A DNA stretch of 62,951 nucleotides, counting the filler, from Octopus bimaculoides (lineage: Eukaryota), in NCBI RefSeq assembly GCF_001194135.2. It is 4 parts of 4 records of this genome, joined end to end, with 100 filler letters (N's around TTAATTAATTAA, not from the genome) between each part and the next. Parts side by side here need not be neighbours in the genome. Positions count along the whole stretch, not along the records: positions 23,011 to 42,709 come from NC_068984.1; positions 42,810 to 53,806 come from NW_026347090.1; 2 more parts are not named here. One strand, 5' to 3'. Shown one piece after another: positions 40,915-50,647 of this stretch. Position 1 is the stretch's first letter. Every line of letters starts with the position of its first letter. The notes under the pieces were generated by a model. That model ran no database searches. It saw only the letters and a list, made by a program, of their open reading frames with translations, and was not told where the DNA came from. The position numbers and the translations under genes are program-made.

Positions 40915-42656
40915 GCATACAACCACATACAAACCTGTATGTATTCTGCATAACCCAATAATGGCCAAGGTCATGCAGAGTTTTGAAAGCTCTATGACTT
41001 TCTTTTCTTTTGACATATCTGCGCACATTCAAGGTTTCAAATAGTTTTGCTAGGTTTATCAATAATACATTAGTGGACATATCCAATCCTACAACATCTG
41101 GAATATACGCATTATTATTTGCTTGTTATTTCCGTTGCTGAAATTGATTATAGACAACTAGCAGCTAACTATTGTTTGCACTAATTTATTACGTGTCATT
41201 ACTGATTGAATACAACACAAGCTTATTCGAGTAGTTCTGTCATCATACACAATATAAGAAATGTTTGTATTAATCTAACAAGTCTGTACCCCTCATAACT
41301 ATACTAGCCAGATCCTGACTCATATTCTACTCAATCATCAATCATATTCTCTTGCTGTCAGCAGGAGTTTATAACCAATTTTTCCTCCATAACACTTCCT
41401 ATTAGATTTGGCTTCGTTATTTAGTATTGCTTCTCTTTCTAGGAGTGTGATGATTTGGATAATTGATATCATTATGTTGTGATATTAGAACAGCCACAAG
41501 TAAATATCTTATTTATATTTGCGTATGGAGCTTATGCAAGTACAAATCAAATATCACTAGGTATAATTGTGTCTGTGTGTATGTACGTATGTATGTATGT
41601 ATGTATGTATGTATGTATGTATGTATATATATATATANNNNNNNNNNNNNNNNNNNNNNNNNNNNNNNNNNNNNNNNNNNNNNNNNNNNNNNNNNNNNNN
41701 NNNNNNNNNNNNNNNNNNNNNNNNNNNNNNNNNNNNNNNNNNNNNNNNNNNNNNNNNNNNNNNNNNNNNNNNNNNNNNNNNNNNNNNNNNNNNNNNNNNN
41801 NNNNNNNNNNNNNNNNNNNNNNNNNNNNNNNNNNNNNNNNNNNNNNNNNNNNNNNNNNNNNNNNNNNNNNNNNNNNNNNNNNNNNNNNNNNNNNNNNNNN
41901 NNNNNNNNNNNNNNNNNNNNATATATATGCATGTATGTGTGTGTGTGTGTATATGAATTCATATATGCACATACATATGCACAAAGTCACATACGCATAT
42001 ATGTGTAAAGACACATATACTTGCGTACATGTTTATTAATTTACTGAAGAGCAATTAGAAGTATACGTATAAGTTTGGGTGTGGAAGTATATATATATAA
42101 ATACATATATGTGTGTGTGTGTAAAACGTAGTATAATATAGTATATATGCATAAATGTGTGCGTGCATATATATATATGTATACCTATACCTATATATAT
42201 ATACATATACATATATATGTATGTATATATATGTGTGTGTGTGTATGTGTGTGTGTGTACGAAGAATAAGTCTTCGGGTCGATTTGTTCGACCAAAGGCG
42301 GTACTCCAGCATATATAAAAACACACACACACACGCACACACCACGCATATATATTAAACGTTGGCTTATTCATGCACGTATATTCTTCCTACTGCCGCC
42401 AACACTTCACTTTATCGATTGACGGAAAAGTATGGTGATTCTCAGATACTATGTCCCGTTAGTAAAAATAAAATTAATCTAACATACAAGGCTCCGTCGC
42501 ACTTTAATATATGGAATTCATGGATGTCATTGTTTGATATCTAAAAAATCGAATTTAAACACCCTGTCGTAAGCAACGCAACAATTTATTGTTTAGCTGA
42601 TGTCTATATGTGTATGTATGTGTTTAGCACACGCACTAATCCTAACACACTTACAT

Positions 42657-42709
<53 letters not shown>

Positions 42710-42809
42710 NNNNNNNNNNNNNNNNNNNNNNNNNNNNNNNNNNNNNNNNNNNNTTAATTAATTAANNNNNNNNNNNNNNNNNNNNNNNNNNNNNNNNNNN
42801 NNNNNNNNN
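42710..42809. other. Artificial assembly spacer
   Basis: 44N-TTAATTAATTAA-44N. Confidence 0.9.
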
Positions 42810-43289
42810 CATGTAAGGGTGTAATTTCAGTTTCTAGAACATCTCACAACCACCTGGTACCATCCTCGTTTCTTTGTCAATCTGATATGTATTGATATTT
42901 TTAAATATTTCTTTCTCCATAAATACATTTTATGGAATGATGCTGCAGAAGTAACAAAGGTTTTGCTTAGCCCAAGTATTGTCTATTGCTGACATTTAAG
43001 CCACAAAAGAAAAAATTTTCTAATTTAAATTTTTACCTCCAACCCACACCAAGTGAGTTTGCACACACACACACGTGTGTTAGAAAGGACATTTACTAAC
43101 AGGAAAGTATGCTATTAAAATAAATTATCTTCTACATACCTACCTCTTTTAAATCACTATAGATACATCCCAGCATTGACTTTTTCAGGCTCTCCAATAT
43201 TTTAAATTATAAACAGAAGTAGGGTGGGGGAATACAAACTTTCAAAAATTTTTAATAGTATACTTTTCTGAGACACACACACACACATA

Positions 43290-44230
43290 TATACACGGAC
43301 TCGCTTGGTGCAGGAGAAATTAAGATACCAGGCGGTCGTGGGATGTGTTAAAAACAGTTAAATCTTTCGTAAAATCACACCTTTAAGTGTGGAAAGTTTT
43401 TTTGTTTTTTTACCCGAAAGGCTTCTCCCACCGTTTTTAAGTGCATAGTACAAAAACTGAAATCGGTCCGGATGGTGAGAAATAAAATAAATTTTCAAAA
43501 CTTTTTTCTTAAGCTTCCCATCATTTCCAAGGGTGTGGTGAAAAATAAATTGGAAAAATCCTCTTCGAAACGAAGAAAATCCAACTTATGTGGGAGCCCT
43601 GATCCGAAACTCCACCGAGGGGCTTACCACAACGGAACGGGGGAATTGTCATACCGTCCCCTCTGTTCAGTCCCGTTGGATCAAGTTCGGAAGTCAGCGG
43701 AGTGTAGGTCATGCTTTATGATTCTCATTGAGAGAAGCATGTCGTAGAAGTCGGTCAGTTTTATAATGGCATGACAATAGGTGGAGGCCGAAAAAATCCA
43801 CAGTAGAGCCGCAGATGTATTTCTGAAGTTCACTGATCCGGAGGCCAAACCTCAGGGAAACATCGATGCACAAACAGTAGCTATCCAGTTCAATGCCAGT
43901 CGAGAATAATGATACGTTAAGCCAGGTACCGCTGTGGGGCTAGAAGAACGAGTGAAAACATGCCAGACGGTGCACCAACCTGTACAAGATCATGCTGCAT
44001 TGGATGGCATCCCATTTGACTTGGGGCACCGGACATTCACAAAGAGGAGAGGGGATGGACGTCCGCTGGGCGGAGGCCAAGATGGCTCCATGTTGCCTTG
44101 GCCACCTCGCAACTAAACTTAGGTTTAGTTGTGTTGTGGAGAACCTTTGGATATAGTACCGAAGATTTGTGTCGGAAGATTTTGTTATGAAGGGTGAAAC
44201 CGTAGGATTTCAAGGTGTGTGTGTGTGTGT
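43290..44230. other. GC-elevated unclassified segment, probably a decayed retroelement
   Basis: GC is clearly above the flanks and the segment is bounded by (CA)n and (TG)n. Only short broken ORFs are present, with no motif confidently recognised. Confidence 0.3.
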
Positions 44231-45339
44231 GAAGCACATTTTTTTCAACGTGCTACATAATTTTTTTCTGGTTAGATGTCTGTGAACAATCTCACTAGAA
44301 TAACTAAATAACTTCCGAACTATAAGCTATTCATGAAACTTGACAGTCCGGTAATAAAGAAAGTGAAACAATGTAAAAATAAAGTTAATGAGTGACGCGT
44401 GGAAGTCAATGTATTTGTGCATATCCCCACTTAATTTCAGTGATTCTACATTAGTTTAACGTTACGTAATTGGAGAAAAGTTAGCATCCTTTCAGAGTAG
44501 AGTTACCTACAAAGGGAAATGACAAACTGTGGAACATGTCTGAATGCTGTATCCCACCCACCCCGATTCGAATAAGAAATAACCTGATTGAGATTATAGA
44601 AGATATACACGCATACGGTTAGAATTTCTTGAATCGAAGTTTGAGAAATATTAAAGTTATTCTAACAACAAATTCTTTCTCTCTAATAAATTTCTCTTAA
44701 CCAGAAACAAAGTTAAAAGTTAAGGAGCTTTAATCATTCCGATAACACAGCTGTCAATTCCGGTCGAATTTTGATTAGTTCTAAGAGGATAAGGCATTAG
44801 AATCAATAGAGCGCCAGACAAAATGTTTGCGATATTTTTGTCGCGGTTTCCTTACATTCAAATGTCGCGGAAATCAACTGTCATTCATCCATCTAGAATC
44901 GGAAAGAACCATCACTTGTTGATTTAATATTCTAATAAAATTAAATGTAAATGTAATTATAACAGAATATCAATAGTCGTCCTATCCCCTTCGACCATTC
45001 TGAATAATGGTTTCAATACTGACAAATCCTCGAGAAAGAGGAAACAGGATTTTAAATATGGTATTCAAATTGTGTATACAAGTAATCGGGAAAATTGCTA
45101 GGACAAAATCAAAATCGATCGGGATATTTGCGAACATTGGAATGAGATAAAGTTTTCAAAGTTTGGGAATTATTCCTGGCACCTTTTCTATAATTATGAT
45201 CGTCATGTTCATCTTAAGTAGCACTCCACAAGGTATGGAAAGAATTAAAAAATACTTTTAAAATGTTTCTTCATAACTTTTTCTAACTACTCGAATATTT
45301 TTGCTGCCCCTTTTTTTTTTTTTTTTATTTTTTTTTTTT

Positions 45340-45406
45340 AGAATTAATATTGTCCAGATACTAAGGTTTATTCTAGCTTTTAGTTTTAAAAAAAAACCCT
45401 TTTATT
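45340..45406 (-). terminator. Candidate polyadenylation signals downstream of the RRBP1-like ORF
   Basis: AATAAA on the minus strand at 45401-45406 and 45367-45372. The second is 27 nt upstream of a 29-nt A-rich run (T run at 45311-45339 on +). Confidence 0.35.
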
Positions 45407-45882
45407 GTTACCGTGTAATAACTGGTTTGAAATAAGTGCGGTTGTCTGTGAAGTAAGAGCGTCAGTGCGCTGTCGACACGTCAACAGTTTATGTTAGTCA
45501 CAGCATCTTGCAAAGATTTAATACCAAAAATAAGTTCTCATTAATCACTTACCTTCACTATTTAAAAATCAAGATAAACATGCATTACTAAATATAAACT
45601 TTTAACCAAATTAATTACTATTTCAGTATAGCAAAGATCTATATATTCCCTAATCGTGTCAACTGCATGTGCGTCGTAATCAGCTATTTTGACAGATTTC
45701 ATGTCAAGAAGCCACGTATTAAGTTTCTAATATCGTCTCTAAAATATCTGTTACTTCATAAATCTATATTGTTAAATAAACTATCCATTAACACGAATAA
45801 AGTAAATTTAGAAACTGTTATCGAACTCTGAACAAGTTCTAAAATAAATTAAGAACAAATATATATAAGAAAAAAAAAATCG

Positions 45883-46521
45883 CTAAGTACCACCAACTTT
45901 CTTGCAAGTTTTCTCAAGTTCAACTTCTTTATGGGTATTGATATCAACTTTTGGAGACTTCATCTCGGATTTTCGTTTGGTATTCTCAGGCTTAGTGACG
46001 GTATTCAAAGAAGAATTCTGTTGACCAGAAGAAACCGGTTTAGACGATATATTGCCGGTTTGTTTCCGTTGAACTTTTGCCTCTGCTTGAGGCAAGGACG
46101 GTCCATTGACAGATTGATTAGCAACAAGTGGTATAACTTTCAGCTGATTTTTCTCCAATTTTGGAGACTTCGGTTCAAGAATCTTAGTAGCTGGAGATAT
46201 TTCCGAAACTGCGAAGTCTTGAATACATGCATTTTTTTTTGCAGTTTTAATATGGAAAGATGTTTCGACTATTTCTGTAGATTTTGACTGTTGTGCTTTC
46301 TCTCTATTTTTGTCTTTGAACTTTTTATACTTTTTTCGGTCGCCTCTTTCAGCTTTTTTCTCACTTCTTGCCTTTTTCTCTTCTTCTTCCTGTCTAAGTC
46401 TCTGTTCTTCCATAACTTCTTCGAATGTCTTTTCTCTCATACTGAACATTGATATCAAGTATATAATGACTGCCGAGAGAATGCAACATGTCACACCAAT
46501 AACTAAAGTTTGTATCTCCAT
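45883..46521 (-). CDS. RRBP1: RRBP1 (p180)/kinectin-like ER membrane protein, N-terminal coding exon (212 aa if read to the in-frame TAG)
   Basis: The ORF MEIQTLVIGVTCCILSAVIIYLISMFSMREKTFEEVMEEQR... has an N-terminal signal-anchor helix followed by FSMREKTFEE, resembling RRBP1 FSMKETSYEEAL. A K/E-rich basic region follows. Possible weak donors (AAA|GTTGGT, GTG|GTACTT) lie just before the TAG. Invertebrates may have a single RRBP1/KTN1 co-orthologue, so the symbol is approximate. Confidence 0.8.
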   Translation of the reverse strand: MEIQTLVIGVTCCILSAVIIYLISMFSMREKTFEEVMEEQRLRQEEEEKKARSEKKAERGDRKKYKKFKDKNREKAQQSKSTEIVETSFHIKTAKKNACIQDFAVSEISPATKILEPKSPKLEKNQLKVIPLVANQSVNGPSLPQAEAKVQRKQTGNISSKPVSSGQQNSSLNTVTKPENTKRKSEMKSPKVDINTHKEVELEKTCKKVGGT

Positions 46522-46639
46522 GTTTAACAAAATGAAAAAAAAAAAAGATTATCAAACAATACAAAACAGTAGATAAGTAGCCTCAGCCGGATCAGTTGAA
46601 TTGTTTTGTCCAGTTAAATTCTTACGTTATTCGACATGG

Positions 46640-47529
46640 AAAAAAATTGGGGTGAATTAAAAAAATTGGTAAACAATGTGTAAACAAAAATAAACAAATG
46701 CAGTTAATATCAACCACTTCTTTATCGCCCTTGGTCCAAGTAGTTAGTTTTAAGTCCACGTAAGCAGTTCTTTCGGGAGATGAGCTGTGACAATTCTTCA
46801 GTGAATGCAGAATGACTGAAACTTAAAATAAAACTAGGAAACAAATGTTCAGCTTTTGCCAAGATTAACTGACCGGTCTCTTGTTGCCTAAAACCTATTA
46901 ATTAAACATCCAATAAAAGGGAAATGTAATAAAGTGTGGTTTTGAATTGGAAATTGTTTAAAGTTAATGTGTTGAGATGAATTGAATGCGAAGTGCACAG
47001 TCGTCAGCGAACATAAACTATATAAACAACGGTAAACTTAGTAGTAGTGAAGTCATCACTAAACTAGTATAGTGGGCGGTCGTCAACCAGACAACATTCC
47101 AAACAATGGACGTTCGCTTTAGCTTTGCCGGCAATATCTAACGACAACTTCTATTGGTCAAATACTATTTGACTGGTGTATCTTTCTAACTTCCTCCCAT
47201 CTATATACAAATATTTATTATTTTTGTCAGTTAAATGCACCATTAATACATAAAAATTTAATTCTGAAATTTATATATCTTATTTAGAAAACATTCCAAC
47301 ACAATAATAATGTTAACGAATGATTTTCCTACTATGAAATCTAAATATATTCAGTAGTGCTGTAGTGGGAGTATGAACAGAAAAGCACATTATCAAGTTT
47401 GTAATAGCGCTCGTAAATTTCATTTCGGACTTAGAATCTTTGCACTACTTCGAAAGATAATGGAATACATTTTAATACTGATATAGGAACCTTACTGATT
47501 TGTTGCTTTAAAATCAAGCAAGTGCGACA
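46640..47529. promoter_or_regulatory. Putative bidirectional promoter between the RRBP1-like gene and ENOPH1
   Basis: The divergent ATGs are 1009 bp apart. The interval has a GC box GGGCGG at 47074-47079, CCAAT at 46910-46914 (+) and ATTGG at 47153-47157. A palindrome GTCAAATA-C-TATTTGAC lies at 47157-47173. The interval lacks SINEs and long microsatellites. Confidence 0.55.
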
Positions 47530-47637
47530 ATGGGCTCTAAAAAGCGTTTTGCTCCGGAGATGGAATCTTTCTTAAGTGGTATAAAAGTTTTTTTAATTGA
47601 TATTGAAGGAACAACGACTCCACTATCATTTACTAAG
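47530..47637 (+). CDS. ENOPH1: Enolase-phosphatase E1 (HAD superfamily, methionine salvage), first coding exon
   Basis: ATG at 47530 gives MGSKKRFAPEMESFLSGIKVFLIDIEGTTTPLSFTK, containing the ENOPH1/MtnC motif DIEGTTTP. It ends at a strong phase-0 donor AAG|GTAAGT, the position where I recall the human intron 1 (after ...FVK). I did not find exon 2 (D.LFPY...) in the readable sequence. Confidence 0.9.
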
Positions 47638-49149
47638 GTAAGTTCTCAGCAAATTTTAGAAGTTTATTATTTGTCAAATTTTCTATTGAAACTGAAATAA
47701 ACACAGCTGAATAAATTTCTCATTTATATACATTGCTTGTTTATATTTGAAACATTTAACCCTAAAACTTATGTTTTGTTCAGCAACGTGCACCATGGGG
47801 TTTACATTCATTGCCTTTCATGTTTCATTTATTGAAGCTTTATTTATACTTTTATTATGGCAAGTTCCAGCCCGGGCTATGTTTTTTGCAATGCTATACT
47901 TTGCAACTTTAAACCAGTTAAAAATGGGGCAGGAATAAGTAAAAATGAACAATCTTTTTCTCTTCACTCTTTGCCGAAAACGGGTGTGTGTATTCTTTAC
48001 CTCCGCCGACAAAAAAAAAAAAAAAANNNNNNNNNNNNNNNNNNNNNNNNNNNNNNNNNNNNNNNNNNNNNNNNNNNNNNNNNNNNNNNNNNNNNNNNNN
48101 NNNNNNNNNNNNNNNNNNNNNNNNNNNNNNNNNNNNNNNNNNNNNNNNNNNNNNNNNNNNNNNNNNNNNNNNNNNNNNNNNNNNNNNNNNNNNNNNNNNN
48201 NNNNNNNNNNNNNNNNNNNNNNNNNNNNNNNNNNNNNNNNNNNNNNNNNNNNATATATATATATATATATATATAATATATATATCTGAGCAACTGTCTT
48301 TGAAGACTCATATTGTCGTTGAATGCTCGAAATGAGGAGTAGATAGACAGTCGACAACTGATGAAGGGTCCTTTCTCAGTGTTTACTTGTCCTGTTTTCC
48401 ATTTTTTTCTCAATGTCTACGTATTTCACTCGTTTTTCCCTCGTTTGTTTACGTATTTCATGCTACTTGCACACATACATACACACACACACATACACAC
48501 AACAGGCTTCTTTCGTTTCCGTCTATCAAAAGTCCGAGGCTATAATAGAAGGCACTTGCTGAAATACCATGTGGAGTGACTGAACCCAGATTCATGTGGC
48601 TGGGAAGCAGACAGGTATAAAGAAACAAAGTGTAGGTGTATGAAATATCCTCCCTGTCCCAATTTTTCAAAACAAATCCTGATATAGTTGTAATCTACAG
48701 TATGTGAAAGGTATTTGCCGAAAAGAAGTTGGTTTGTGTAAATTTTCCGAAACTCATCTCCCCATGCCTTCGGAAAATTTTTCTCCCAACAAACTTGACA
48801 AGGAAACGAACGTCTAAAATTGTTATACCGATTAACCATGGATCTGCGTTGTAGTTTGTTTGCAGTCATCTACTGATCACCAATAAACAGTGGGAGCTGA
48901 AGCTCAAAACTGGAAGAATCTTGACTAATATTTGCATACACAATATCTTACATTTTTCCATCTAAACATTTGTGGCGATTCATCAAACATTGATTCATTA
49001 GAGCATACCACTTAATTGTGGATTTATCCCAGCGTTGCAGGCAACTTAATTGTATTTCTAGTGTCACTTTCATAATACCATTTCATTTGCCGAACTCGGC
49101 AGATTTCAGTAGTTTCGCTTTCTTAATCAGAAACACCTCCTAGTCGTAA

Positions 49150-50290
49150 ACGGGGAGAGGACTTTTGGAAAATTCACAAAATCCGAGTTTTTCCCTAATA
49201 ACTTGTGGTAATTTTTTTTTTTTTTTTCCTAGTGAACTTTCATATAAGTATCTTTCAAATGGCATACATTACGATTATAAAGTAATTTGTGGGGAAAATC
49301 TTTTCCGAGGGGGTGAGGAGAAGACTTTTGGAAAATTCACAAGATCCGATTTTCTCCTTCATAACTTTAAGAAACGTGAGTTATTTTTTAATGAAATTTT
49401 ATATACATGCCTTTCAAACGGCATACCTTTCTATTCATACTCAAAATACTGAACGTTTATGGGGAAGCTTTAAAAAGTGTATTGTCCGACCCGGAATGCG
49501 ACTTAGCTACTTGAAACAATATATCGCTCGGTTACTTTTCATACGGGTCATCTCACTGCCAACCCAGCAACTTCATAAGATTCTTTTGGAGGCTGCAAGA
49601 CAATACCCATGTTCCTGATGACACGGAATAATGTATACCGGTTCTTGATGTTGTTCACCAATAACTCCTTAAAATTACGTTGGCGCATTTTTTATACTGT
49701 AAATCATTCTTCTTACCCCCAACTAAGCTTATACTTTAAAACATTAAATACAGATCTTCCTACACCCATTCAGCTTGTTAACTTGCTTATTGGTGACTGA
49801 GAGAACTTGTAGTAATTAACAGAAAATATTAAACAAATGAGGAATATATCAGATGGTCGTGAGATATGCTAAAAGCAACAGCTAAATTGCCCTTAACTTT
49901 TTTCTATAGTGAAACCATATTCAACACCATATTTATGAATTTGTTTTTTTACACCCATTGCACTATTTTTTTCGATTTCGTTTCCGGGTAATACTGTCAA
50001 CATTAACCAATCTATGTCTTTTTCCATTACACCCAAGCAAAAGAATAATTTATGAATTTCTTTCTCTTCGAAAGTCCTCTCCCCACCTACCTTAATGTAT
50101 GCCGTTTCAAAGGTATTTTTATAAAATTTCATGGCAATCTTTCGTTTTGACACAAAGGCGTGAACATAGCCAATTTCATTAAAAGATATCCGTTTTCCTC
50201 AAAGTTATGGGGGAAAAAATCGGACCATGTGAATTTTCCGAAAGTCCTCTCCCCACCCTCTCGGTAAAGATTTCCCCCACAAATTGTTCA
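49150..50290. mobile_element. Foldback-like element with inverted, internally repeated subterminal units
   Basis: The unit ggggagaggacttttggaaaattcac..ataacttt..aatgaaatt..tttcaaacggcatac occurs forward at about 49152 and 49283-49430. It occurs reverse-complemented at about 50065 and 50095-50285, with a further reverse copy near 48740. Confidence 0.7.
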
Positions 50291-50617
50291 GTTCAGGGTT
50301 GTTAAAAAAGTAAATAAAAATTAAGGGAGAGATAACTAGTAACGGCACATTAGTCAACTTACTGTTAAACCACAAATACTGTAGTGAGGTAAGCTCGCTA
50401 ATTAGAATTTTCGCACGTGTATAAATTTATAATTAGTCGACGCCCTGCCAACCACTGAAAAATCTTGTTTCGTGATTCGGCTACTTGGGTGATATTCCAA
50501 GATTGCTTCACGGTTGAGGATTTCAATTTCAGGAAAAATGAATTACGGTTTCGCTGGTCTTCCACATTCTGATCAATTCCAAAGTAAATAATATTCAGTA
50601 TTTATGTTGACTGATAC

Positions 50618-50647
50618 AGGCGCAGGAGTGGCTGTGTGGCAAGTAGC
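50618..50647 (+). mobile_element. SINE family B head only (30 bp), abutting the Tx1-like element
   Basis: 28/30 identical to 59462-59491. Similarity stops abruptly at 50648. Confidence 0.85.

Noticed and set aside
49893-50153. 86-aa ORF MSKRKIAMKFYKNTFETAY...
   Set aside because: It overlaps the foldback repeat arm, starts at a non-ATG codon and has no recognisable domain.
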